A stretch of DNA of 59,568 bases, filler included. It is 3 parts of 3 records of this genome, joined end to end, with 100 filler letters (N's around TTAATTAATTAA, not from the genome) between each part and the next. Parts side by side here need not be neighbours in the genome. Positions count along the whole stretch, not along the records: positions 1 to 25,978 come from DRR723986_18377; 2 more parts are not named here. The stretch is one strand, 5' to 3'. The position numbers and the translations under genes are program-made. A model generated the notes under the pieces. That model searched no databases. It was not told the origin of the DNA and worked only from the letters and a program-made list of their open reading frames with translations. Positions 1-8,820 of the stretch are shown here, piece after piece; position 1 is the first letter of the stretch; each line of letters starts with the position of its first letter.

Positions 1-1065
1 CCACGAAAAATCAATGTCAAAATCGGGAGGGTTGGTTCGATACAAATTGATGAAACGCTCAAAGTAGAGATCTAATTCTATGGGGTCAACATCTGTTATT
101 CTTAAGAGATAAGCAACGACACTGTTAGCACCACTTCCTCTTCCCACATAAAAATATCCCTTAGATCGTGCATAGGAAACAATGTCCCAATTCATTAAAA
201 AGTAAGAGACGAAACCCATTTGTTGAATGGTGTCTAATTCTTTTTTAACCCGATCATGGACCTCTTGTGTTGGGTTAGGATAACGATACGCCATTCCTTC
301 TTGGCAAAGTTGCTCTATGAGCTCAGCATCTTCAACTTCGCAGCCAGTATAGGTCTCTTGATTTTGTGGAGGCGCAGTATTTGAAAAATCAAAGAAAATT
401 TTTGAAGAATCTATGATATATTTTGTGTTCTCAATAATCTCAGGATATTTTTCATAAATCTGAAGTAATTCATCTTGTGGCAACATTTTATAATGCGGTT
501 CGGCTTGTTCAGATAAAGGCAGTTTACTAAGTAAGGTGTTAAGATCGATTGCACGTAATAATCGGTGCGCATTGAAATCTTTTTTGTTTCTGAATGTGGC
601 TGTTTGTAGGATGACTGCTTTTGATGTGTCTATTTTTTTGATACGCACATAATCTAAATCTTCTGGTCGGATGCCGATAAATTCGTGGGGTTTTAGTTTT
701 CTTTTTTTGTTTGTACGATCAAAGGGATAAACAATAAAAACGTGTTTGAAAGCAGGAGCTTTGGTGGTAATTTCTGCCCCAGTATGAATCACGTTGGTGA
801 GATAACGATTCATCTCTTCAAAACCTTTATTGTTTTTAGCAATACCAACATATTTTTGATCAACACCATTTCTAAAGTCAATACCAATAAGCGGTTTGAT
901 ATTAAATCGTTCGGATTGCCGTATAAAATCAAGACAGCCTGAAGTATTGTTGATGTCGGTTAAAACAAGTGATTTGACACCGTTTTCAACGGCTAATTCT
1001 AGGAGAGTTCGGGGGCTATAAGTGCCGTACCGCAAACTGTAGTAAGAGTGGGTATTTAAATACAT
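1..1065 (-). CDS. dnaE: DNA polymerase III alpha subunit, DnaE2-like second copy (5' part; runs off window edge)
   Basis: Not in the ORF track. Manual translation of both ends: ATG at 1065 gives MYLNTHSYYSLRYGTI (PHP start), and the window edge reads GYFYVGRGSGANSVVAYLLRITDVDPIELDLYFERFINLYRTNPPDFDIDFSW (GRGS and PDxDxD catalytic motifs of PolIII alpha), in the same frame. Confidence 0.93.
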   Translation of the reverse strand, partial: MYLNTHSYYSLRYGTYSPRTLLELAVENGVKSLVLTDINNTSGCLDFIRQSERFNIKPLIGIDFRNGVDQKYVGIAKNNKGFEEMNRYLTNVIHTGAEITTKAPAFKHVFIVYPFDRTNKKRKLKPHEFIGIRPEDLDYVRIKKIDTSKAVILQTATFRNKKDFNAHRLLRAIDLNTLLSKLPLSEQAEPHYKMLPQDELLQIYEKYPEIIENTKYIIDSSKIFFDFSNTAPPQNQETYTGCEVEDAELIEQLCQEGMAYRYPNPTQEVHDRVKKELDTIQQMGFVSYFLMNWDIVSYARSKGYFYVGRGSGANSVVAYLLRITDVDPIELDLYFERFINLYRTNPPDFDIDFSW

Positions 1066-1197
1066 TTTTTTGGTTTGTTATGTTGTTTATCCTCAGAATT
1101 AGAGAGGATGAAAAGCACACTTCTACCAAAAAATGTGGAGTTCTACCAAGAAAAGATTTAATCTATTCGCGTTTGGGTTTAAAACCAATGTTCCGAC

Positions 1198-1220
1198 TAA
1201 GGTCGCAATTTGCGACCTTA
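1198..1220. repeat. Palindrome P1, TAAGGTCGCAA-T-TTGCGACCTTA
   Basis: Perfect 11-bp arms with 1-nt centre; 20/23 identical to the core of the palindrome inside ORF6N. Confidence 0.95.
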
Positions 1221-1236
1221 AAAAATTGACATGCTT

Positions 1237-1267
1237 TTAATGGTATCACAGATTGTGATACCATTAA
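1237..1267. repeat. Palindrome P2, TTAATGGTATCACA-GAT-TGTGATACCATTAA
   Basis: Perfect 14-bp arms with 3-nt centre; shares the TCACA-N3-TGTGA core with P3. Confidence 0.95.
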
Positions 1268-1293
1268 GTGACGTGCTATATTATTTTGGCTCA

Positions 1294-1827
1294 TCATTTA
1301 GAACTTTTTCTAAAACCGATTTGTTCTCGAGGTTCTTGTTCTTGAGTCACGAATTTGGTGAGACAATCAAAAACAACTTCAATTTTTTCGTCTTGAGCAA
1401 TCATCTTTTTCTTGATTTCCTCAAGTTCTAAAAGGTTATCCTTATGCGTCAACACCATTTCTTTAAGTTTTTTGTAGACTCTCATGATATGAATATTGAC
1501 GGCTACAGCTCTGTCACTACGCAAAACACTTGAGAGCATTAATACCCCGTGTTCAGTAAAAACATAAGGCAAATATTTTCGGTGATTTCCTTTACCATTC
1601 TCTAAGGTCACAAATTGTGACCTTAGAGAATTATATTCTTCCTGGTTTAATTGAAACATGAAATCTTCAGGGAACCGGTTAAGGTTTCGTTTTACTGCTT
1701 GATTTAAAACTTTGGTCTCAACGTGATAAAGCTCTGCCAAATCTTTGTCCAACATCACTTTTTGACCTCTAATTACATAGATTTTATCAGAGATAACAGC
1801 TTCAGGTATAATAATTTCGTTGTGCAT
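1294..1827 (-). CDS. ORF6N (KilA-N-like) DNA-binding domain protein
   Basis: IRGQKVMLDKDLAELYHVETKVLNQAVKRNLNRFPEDFMFQL, LPYVFTEHGVLMLSSVLRS and C-terminal IGF are typical ORF6N motifs. ATG at 1827 (alternative TTG at 1845). Confidence 0.92.
   Translation of the reverse strand: MHNEIIIPEAVISDKIYVIRGQKVMLDKDLAELYHVETKVLNQAVKRNLNRFPEDFMFQLNQEEYNSLRSQFVTLENGKGNHRKYLPYVFTEHGVLMLSSVLRSDRAVAVNIHIMRVYKKLKEMVLTHKDNLLELEEIKKKMIAQDEKIEVVFDCLTKFVTQEQEPREQIGFRKSSK
1597..1631. repeat. Intragenic palindrome P3, ATTCTCTAAGGTCACAA-A-TTGTGACCTTAGAGAAT
   Basis: Perfect 17-bp arms inside the ORF6N CDS, encoding (N)SLRSQFVTLEN. Confidence 0.95.
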
Positions 1828-1855
1828 TACAGGAGGGCTAGTCAAGTTTTCAACA

Positions 1856-1863
1856 CAAAATTA
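1856..1863 (-). promoter_or_regulatory. Bacteroidota -7 promoter element (TAATTTTG) for ORF6N
   Basis: Matches the TAnnTTTG consensus just upstream of the start. Confidence 0.55.
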
Positions 1864-1955
1864 CGAATAAATCGTCAATAAATAGATTAAAAATTAATCA
1901 AAAATAACATGTGTAAAACACTATTATTTGTAAATCAGTGCTTTAACAATAAAAA

Positions 1956-2828
1956 TTATCGATTCTTCAAGACAGAAACGCCTTGACCAAAAACGTTGCC
2001 TTCACCATAAGGAGATCCCTTACCATCCCATTTTTCCCACTTTTTCAATTCAATGTATTGCGGGTTTTTAGAAATTTGAGATGCCTCTAATTCAATAGCC
2101 TCAGCCTTAAAAATTGCAGAGATGATTAAAGCAGAATCACCACGAGCCTTAGCAATTTTTGCATTCGCCAAATACTCTTCCTCTAATTGCTTTTCTTTAG
2201 CAGTTAAGTTTTTTTGTTTTTGAGTCTCTTTATTCGTGATTTCCGTAGCAATATTTGGAGGCAAGTTAACATCTGCAATCTCCACATAATGCAAGGTGAT
2301 GAAGTTACCTTCAAAATCATGCTGTAAAATATCTTCCATTTCACCTTCTAAAGCTTCACGCTTAGAACTATATACTTGCTCGTAGGTGTATCTACCAATA
2401 ACATCCTTGATGGCACCCTTCGCCTTATCGTCAATGAATTTGATAAAACCAGGACCGTGTTTCAAGTGTAATTGAGCTATTTTTCCGGATTGTGCAGAGT
2501 AATTTACAGCCACGTTTACTGTAATATCAGTACCATTCTTATCCATTACTTCGGATACATAAGTCTCGGACTGTTGACGGATATTATAGGTAATCATTTC
2601 ATTCCACGGAGCGATAAAAAAGGTTCCTTCATCATAAGTAACATCCTGATCAACACCACCTCCGTAAGGACTGTAAATAAATCCTTGTTCACCAGGCTCA
2701 ACATCAGTCCAAGACATTAAAAAGACAATAAAGGCTATCAACAGGATAACACCCAAGGCTATTAAACGCCCAATATTCTTAGGGTCTGCATTCACTTTTT
2801 GCTTAATTTGATCTGAAAAATTACTCAT
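1956..2828 (-). CDS. SPFH/prohibitin (band 7) family membrane protein
   Basis: N-terminal TM helix, VEPGEQG, EGTFFIAPWN, IKDVIGRYTYEQVYSSKRE, coiled C-terminus and WEKWDG. Confidence 0.9.
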   Translation of the reverse strand: MSNFSDQIKQKVNADPKNIGRLIALGVILLIAFIVFLMSWTDVEPGEQGFIYSPYGGGVDQDVTYDEGTFFIAPWNEMITYNIRQQSETYVSEVMDKNGTDITVNVAVNYSAQSGKIAQLHLKHGPGFIKFIDDKAKGAIKDVIGRYTYEQVYSSKREALEGEMEDILQHDFEGNFITLHYVEIADVNLPPNIATEITNKETQKQKNLTAKEKQLEEEYLANAKIAKARGDSALIISAIFKAEAIELEASQISKNPQYIELKKWEKWDGKGSPYGEGNVFGQGVSVLKNR

Positions 2829-3018
2829 TTGGTTTACTTTTTGATTTAATGAAACTCACAACTAAATAAATTACAGCTGCAATAAGACCTACGGCTAATA
2901 CTTTTACAAAAGGAGGACCCTTTAGCATATATTTAAAGGATAAAAAGATAACTCCAGCAATAATGATTGCTCCGAAAATTATTCGATATACTAATTTTGA
3001 TTTCTCATCCATGGCCAT
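2821..3018 (-). CDS. Small two-TM membrane protein, coupled to the SPFH gene
   Basis: 65 aa with two hydrophobic helices; overlaps the SPFH start by 8 nt; TAACTTTG promoter-like element upstream. Confidence 0.7.
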   Translation of the reverse strand: MAMDEKSKLVYRIIFGAIIIAGVIFLSFKYMLKGPPFVKVLAVGLIAAVIYLVVSFIKSKSKPNE

Positions 3019-3091
3019 AATTACTTGACGAACAACAAAGTTAAAAATTGTAGTGAGGAAAAAACATTAAATTTAAACGAACAGATAGATT

Positions 3092-3712
3092 ATGAAAAAA
3101 ATTCTCAGCTTTTGCCTCATCCTCATTTGCGCATATACTCATGCTCAAAACCAAACGGAGGATATTGATAAATTGTGTCAGGAGTATGATGATCAAATTC
3201 AAAAAGCGGAAGATGAAGAAGTCGATTTTTTACCTCCTCATATTACGATAAAATCAACGCTTCAAGAAAGAGCAATTGGTCCGGTAGAAAGAAGCATCAA
3301 ATTGTACTTTGATGAAATTGAAGAAATAGAGTCATCTGAAAATGGTGATGAGTATTCAATGCCTTATGAATATGCTATACTGAGAAAAGCAGTTACCCTA
3401 ATAGAAACCGGATCATATACAATTAAAACTGAGCAGTACTTTGATGAACAAGGGTACCTAATCAAATTTAAGTATACACAAGAGGGTTATGAGTGTTACG
3501 AAGAGTTGACTTATTTTAAAGAGCACACACCCATTAGAATAACGCATATAACAGAACTACCTGAAAAATGTCCAAACAATGAAGATGAAATAGAATCCTA
3601 CGACAAAACAGAATTGAACGAACAAGAAATTGCTACTGCAAAATTATTATTGAAGCAAGCAGAAAAGTATCGAGAAATGATGCAAAATCAATACAGCCTC
3701 ATCAAAAATTAA
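3092..3712 (+). CDS. Hypothetical secreted acidic protein
   Basis: 206-aa ORF with Sec signal MKKILSFCLILICAYTHA-Q. Confidence 0.75.
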   Translation: MKKILSFCLILICAYTHAQNQTEDIDKLCQEYDDQIQKAEDEEVDFLPPHITIKSTLQERAIGPVERSIKLYFDEIEEIESSENGDEYSMPYEYAILRKAVTLIETGSYTIKTEQYFDEQGYLIKFKYTQEGYECYEELTYFKEHTPIRITHITELPEKCPNNEDEIESYDKTELNEQEIATAKLLLKQAEKYREMMQNQYSLIKN

Positions 3713-4635
3713 AGTCTTGGAAATGCAATGGTAGGATTCGTAGAATTGATTCTATAAACCATCATCACTTCGTGCGTTCCACTGTAAAAATCATTTAAAG
3801 CAGAAAAACCGTACTCATATCCATAAGACAACAACAGTTGCGGTACAATATAAACCTGAACATTTGCCATAACTTCGTTACTTGTTCGGTAGGATAACCC
3901 CAAACCAAAACGGTCTTTGAACATAGTGTTCAAATTAAAATCGATTTGTAAAGGAGAGCCCGAAACTTCCTTAAGTAAAGTTGAAAAGATTAAGTTGTGC
4001 TTATCTTTAATTCTCCATTTATAACCGGCATGCAAATAGTAGTGCATGTTTGCAGCGTTAAACGAAAACTCACCTTTTGGACCACCATTATTTTCAATCA
4101 CCTTATTCTCAAGGATATTAGGAATGACAAACCCCGCATAGAAATTCTTCTTGTAAAAATAGGTTCCAAATTTAAAGTTCGGTAAAGCAAATGTTGGACT
4201 GTTATTCGTGTATAATGGGTCATTAATATCTATTGTAGTGACATTGGCTAAATCGGCCTTAACAAGATTTACAGATGCAGATAAACCAAAAATCAATCGG
4301 CTATTTTCACCGGTTCTCAATTTATAAGCGTAAGAACCCGAAATTTCAGTGGAGGTGTTAATGCCAATTTTATCCATTACTGCATTTACTCCAATGAAAT
4401 TTTTATGCTGCTTTCCAACAGGCATGTTGTAATTAAACCCACCTAAATGAGGAGCCCCTTCAAATCCTACCCACTGATTTTTATAAACCAATGCCATATT
4501 GATTTCATCAAAGGTTCCTATTGAAGCCGGGTTAATAAATGGCTGGTGAATCGCATATTGACCAATGTGAAATTGATTTTGCGAAAATCCCTGAAAGCTC
4601 AATAGAGCAACAAATGCAATTAATATCCTTTTCAT
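3709..4635 (-). CDS. PorP/SprF family type IX secretion outer-membrane protein
   Basis: QY...INPA, YKNQWVGFEGAP, GLGLSYRT, YGYEY and SGTHEVM motifs; directly follows a type-B CTD gene. Confidence 0.92.
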   Translation of the reverse strand: MKRILIAFVALLSFQGFSQNQFHIGQYAIHQPFINPASIGTFDEINMALVYKNQWVGFEGAPHLGGFNYNMPVGKQHKNFIGVNAVMDKIGINTSTEISGSYAYKLRTGENSRLIFGLSASVNLVKADLANVTTIDINDPLYTNNSPTFALPNFKFGTYFYKKNFYAGFVIPNILENKVIENNGGPKGEFSFNAANMHYYLHAGYKWRIKDKHNLIFSTLLKEVSGSPLQIDFNLNTMFKDRFGLGLSYRTSNEVMANVQVYIVPQLLLSYGYEYGFSALNDFYSGTHEVMMVYRINSTNPTIAFPRL

Positions 4636-7600
4636 TATTTTCTTCTTAAATCAATAAATCCATTAATTAAATCATCACCATTTCCTAAATCTAAAACGAA
4701 ATAGTAAGTACCGTCAACAACTTGATCTCCTGTTATCTTCAATTTGGCGCCAGCAGAATTACCGTCCCAATCATTTAAATATGGTTCTGCTGCAAATACT
4801 TTATCACCCCATCTATTGAAAATCACAATTGTATTTTCAGGGTATTGCTCTAAATTCAGAATGACAAATGTATCGTTATAGCCATCTCCGTTTGGCGTGA
4901 ACCCGTTAGGGATTACAACATCTAATTCATCATTAACTGTAAAATAAATAGTTGCTCGATCACATTGTGAAGTACAAACAGGATCACAGATTTCATAAAT
5001 TAAACTATCTATTCCGATATAGCCCAAATCAGGTGTATACTCAAATTCACCAGCTCCTAAATATGTTGCTGTTCCGTTCATTGGGTTATCGATAATACTA
5101 ATTGTGTTGATGTCTCCCGTATCATTCACATAAGCATTAATTGTTACCAATGTATTTGGGTAAGTTGATGTTGAATCATCTTGTGCTAAGACATTCGATA
5201 AATCCGTAAAATTCACTTCCACTTCGGTGGTATTCGAACAATTGTTACCATCCGTAACTGTTAAATTAAAAGTTCCTGGATTTAAATTACCAACGTCAAT
5301 TGTGTTGCCGACATTATTTAATCCATCATTCCATAAATAAGTGTAACTCGGAGTTCCAATAATCGCAATTCCTGAAATTGTCCCTCCTCCGTTTAGACAG
5401 TTGCCAGGTGTTACTTGAATGCTTGATGTGTCAATTTGAGGTAATTCATTTACATAAATGATTAATGAATCAACTGCTGTACAATTATTGGTATTCGTTC
5501 CGTTTAGGTAATATGTTGTGGTCACATTTGGCGAAACAGATTGATTTTGTCCAACATAAGAGTTTGATTGATCATCTATCCATGTAAAGTCTGAAACTCC
5601 TGATCCATTTCCAGAAATTGAAGCAGATTCACCCTGGCAGATTGTTTGATCTGCGCTCGCTAAAACAGAAGGTAATGCGTTAACAATGACAATTACATCA
5701 TCAGTATCTGTACAATTGTTGCCGTCTGCAACAGTAACAATATATGTTGTAGTCGTACTCGGTGATACAGCTTGATTTTGTCCTGCACCTAAACCATTAT
5801 CCCAGGTATAAGTTGTTCCACCACTTGCTGAGAGATTAGCAACCTCACCTTCACAAATGGTAATATTTGCTCCAGCATCTGCCATTGGATTTGGGTTCAC
5901 CGTGATTGTTACTGAAGCTGAGCCTGAACAACCTGCTCCATCATCAACGTTAACAGTATAAGTTGTTGTACTTGTTGGTGTAACAATGTGATTTGCTCCA
6001 GAACCCAATCCTTGGTCCCAGTTATAATTTACACCTCCTGATGCCAATAGCGTATGACTCTGACCAGCACAAATATCAGTATCTGCTCCCGCATCTGGAG
6101 TTAAGGCGGTTCCGACATCAATAAAAATGTCATCTGTATTTACACACATGTTGGCATCTGTAACAGTAACGGTATAGGTCACAGGGCTCGTGATATTGGT
6201 AATGGTATGACTGGCTCCCGCTCCCAGACCGCCATCCCAGTTGTAACTAGTTCCGCCGGTTGCATTAATAGTTGCCGTACCACCGTTACAAACGGTAATG
6301 TCATTTCCGGCAAATGCATTAGGAAGCGGGTTAACAGTTATTGTAATATCATCTGTGTCTGAGCATCCTGCTGCATTAGATACTGTAACTGTATAATTAG
6401 CAGTAGAACCTGGTGTAACGTTCTCTGTTGCTGAATTTCCTCCAGAACTCCAAGAATATCCTGTACCCCCAGAAGCGGTCATTGTGGCTGATTGGCCAAG
6501 ACAAATCGCCTGGTCAGGTCCCGCGTTTGCTGTTGGTGCCGCATTTACATTTACTGTAATAGCATCTGAATCAACACATCCATTTCCGTCTGTTACGGTT
6601 AAATTATATGTAGTATTTGAATTGGGAGATACGGTTTGACTAGCTCCTGATGCAGGAATATCCCAAGAATAACTGTAATTACCATCACCGCCGTTAGCAG
6701 ATCCTAACAAATTGGCGCTCTCGTTGTCGCAAATAACTTGATCGGCTCCAGCATTAGCCGTAGGGTTGTCGTTTACCGTTACATATACTGATGCTTGTGT
6801 TGTTGTTCCACAAAATCCTTGAACATCCACAATATATTGCGTGCTTTGGGTTGGACTAACAGTATTTGTAGCAGATGTAGACGTAAATCCTACAGGTTGA
6901 GATGACCAGCTATAGGTATATGGACCTGTTCCACTGATTACGGCTTGAATGTCAGTTGATTCCCCATCACAAATAAACTCATCAACCGCCATGGCTTCAA
7001 CCACCTGAACACCTGAAGTTGCAGATATCGTGTATGAACAAATATCTCCTGCGAATCCATCAACTACTATATAATAAGTATTCCCAACCGTTAATCCTGT
7101 TGCTAAAACTGTTTGAGATGTTGTGGTTTCTAAGAAATTAGATACTGGCGTAAAATTCGTGCAATTGGTTCCTTCAAAAATTTGCATTTGCATTCCGTTG
7201 CCGTTTTGACAAGACGAAATCTCCACAAACAATGCCGCAGTCGTTGCGCTGGCAGTAAACTGCAACCAGCTATTATTATCGAGTTGTACTGGTGAAGTTC
7301 CGGTGTAACCTGTTCCAAAAACACAGCCAGGAGTTGGACTTGAAGGATTTCCAATTCCACACATATTATCCGGTGAATCTACCGTATAAGCGCTTGAAGT
7401 TACACCACCGTAACCATTCAAGTCACAAATTTGCTGAGCATTAGCGCAATTATCATTGTCAGGTGATGTGACGCAAATGCCAAATTCACCGTTATTGTTG
7501 TTTCCATATTCCCAAACTCTAATCCACATGGTGGCTCCTGGTGTTAATCCTGTTTGATAAATATGTGGCATTAAAATTCCGTCACCTGGATCTCCATCAT

Positions 7601-8360
7601 CATCACATGCTACCAATGTTGGTGAGGCACATGAGCCAGAATATAATGCCATGGCTCCGTCTCCAAAATCTAATTGTTGCGTATGAATGTCAAGTTCTCC
7701 ACTTGCCGGAACGACAACTGAAAACCAAACATCTCCACCAGCATATCCGCCCTGAAAAGGTGAAGATCCACCACATCCTGAAGGCGTTGGAACACTCGAT
7801 CCAGCAGATCCAGCATTTGTATACGTAAGATAATTACATGAAGGGGTCACCGTTGGAAGGGCGTAAGCCGAACAAGGAGTGTTATTTGTTGCAGGTGCTA
7901 AACCAGTAACACAAACTTGAAAAGTTGATGTTCCCGATCCCACACCGTAGTGATATACTCTAAAGTAATAGGTAACACCTATTGATAATCCGGTAGCCTG
8001 TAAAACCTCTAAACCGTTAACGCCATTAACATCTTGACAAGTGATTGAACTCAATGAACCACACGACCCTGAAAATAATTGGATAACGGCATCATAACCT
8101 ACAGTTGGACTGACAGTAATATCCATTTCTGTGCTGTTCGCAACAAAAGAGTACCAAACATCATCATCTGCGTTTCCACCTCCTGAGCACGTAGCCATAG
8201 ATTGTGTTCCATTACCTGACGAACCAGCTTGATACGTGCACTGCGTTAAAGTAGGGTTGATTGGTTCAGCGGTTGAGCAGTCATCTCCCTGAGCAAAACC
8301 TAACGTTGAACCCATGAATAAAACAAGGCTCAATCCAATTTTAGTAAAATTACTTTTCAT
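4635..8360 (-). CDS. T9SS type-B (gliding motility-associated CTD) large surface protein
   Basis: Signal peptide; three Cys-rich modules (DDC/NTPC/DNC followed by DVW/NSW); about 7 AGxDxxIC Ig/PKD-like repeats; SprB-like repeat; CTD IPNGFTPNGDGYND...IFNRWG...WDG...DGTYYF. Confidence 0.92.
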   Translation of the reverse strand: MKSNFTKIGLSLVLFMGSTLGFAQGDDCSTAEPINPTLTQCTYQAGSSGNGTQSMATCSGGGNADDDVWYSFVANSTEMDITVSPTVGYDAVIQLFSGSCGSLSSITCQDVNGVNGLEVLQATGLSIGVTYYFRVYHYGVGSGTSTFQVCVTGLAPATNNTPCSAYALPTVTPSCNYLTYTNAGSAGSSVPTPSGCGGSSPFQGGYAGGDVWFSVVVPASGELDIHTQQLDFGDGAMALYSGSCASPTLVACDDDGDPGDGILMPHIYQTGLTPGATMWIRVWEYGNNNNGEFGICVTSPDNDNCANAQQICDLNGYGGVTSSAYTVDSPDNMCGIGNPSSPTPGCVFGTGYTGTSPVQLDNNSWLQFTASATTAALFVEISSCQNGNGMQMQIFEGTNCTNFTPVSNFLETTTSQTVLATGLTVGNTYYIVVDGFAGDICSYTISATSGVQVVEAMAVDEFICDGESTDIQAVISGTGPYTYSWSSQPVGFTSTSATNTVSPTQSTQYIVDVQGFCGTTTQASVYVTVNDNPTANAGADQVICDNESANLLGSANGGDGNYSYSWDIPASGASQTVSPNSNTTYNLTVTDGNGCVDSDAITVNVNAAPTANAGPDQAICLGQSATMTASGGTGYSWSSGGNSATENVTPGSTANYTVTVSNAAGCSDTDDITITVNPLPNAFAGNDITVCNGGTATINATGGTSYNWDGGLGAGASHTITNITSPVTYTVTVTDANMCVNTDDIFIDVGTALTPDAGADTDICAGQSHTLLASGGVNYNWDQGLGSGANHIVTPTSTTTYTVNVDDGAGCSGSASVTITVNPNPMADAGANITICEGEVANLSASGGTTYTWDNGLGAGQNQAVSPSTTTTYIVTVADGNNCTDTDDVIVIVNALPSVLASADQTICQGESASISGNGSGVSDFTWIDDQSNSYVGQNQSVSPNVTTTYYLNGTNTNNCTAVDSLIIYVNELPQIDTSSIQVTPGNCLNGGGTISGIAIIGTPSYTYLWNDGLNNVGNTIDVGNLNPGTFNLTVTDGNNCSNTTEVEVNFTDLSNVLAQDDSTSTYPNTLVTINAYVNDTGDINTISIIDNPMNGTATYLGAGEFEYTPDLGYIGIDSLIYEICDPVCTSQCDRATIYFTVNDELDVVIPNGFTPNGDGYNDTFVILNLEQYPENTIVIFNRWGDKVFAAEPYLNDWDGNSAGAKLKITGDQVVDGTYYFVLDLGNGDDLINGFIDLRRK

Positions 8361-8688
8361 CTCTCAGAGTTCTTTGAATGTTAACGATTTCAGATCCGTT
8401 CGAAACGATTACGGTCTTTACTTTGTCCATCACTGCATAGCGTGTCATATCGTGATTTGTACACGAAAATGTTAAAGCATAATTGATTAGAATCAACTCA
8501 GCATTTTTCACTCCAGAAATTTTAGAAACTTCAAGCTGAATGTTCTGAGCTTGGGCATCAGTTTTTAATTTGTTTAAACTGATGTGATAATCAAAAGTTT
8601 TGAGGGGAGCCACTTCTTGAGCAGTAGCATTCGTTGCTAATGCAAAGAAAAATAGCAACAATATTCCGTTGAGTTTTTTAGTCATCAT
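8350..8688 (-). CDS. Small secreted hypothetical protein, possibly HMA/ferredoxin-like
   Basis: Signal peptide and KISGVKNAEL motif, no CxxC; overlaps the start of the CTD gene. Confidence 0.65.
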   Translation of the reverse strand: MMTKKLNGILLLFFFALATNATAQEVAPLKTFDYHISLNKLKTDAQAQNIQLEVSKISGVKNAELILINYALTFSCTNHDMTRYAVMDKVKTVIVSNGSEIVNIQRTLRDEK

Positions 8689-8820
8689 GTGTAAGCAGTT
8701 TGTTAGGTGTGCATAATAAATGCGCTGGCTAAATTACTTCAATTCGCCGAAATTCACAAATAATAATAGCTGTAAGCTAAGGATTTATGGGCATAAATCG
8801 TTTAAGAAGCATTAAAAAAA

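Noticed and set aside
742-942. + strand 66-aa ORF
   Set aside because: Antisense shadow of dnaE.
1198-1267. P1/P2 as CRP sites, CRISPR repeats or simple terminators
   Set aside because: The core is TCACA-N3-TGTGA, not TGTGA-N6-TCACA. There are only two non-identical units and no cas genes. No U-tract follows either stem directly on the ORF6N strand.
1231-1431. + strand ORF starting MLLMVSQIVIP
   Set aside because: Mostly antisense to ORF6N; the ORF6N-like start is only a read-out of palindrome P2.
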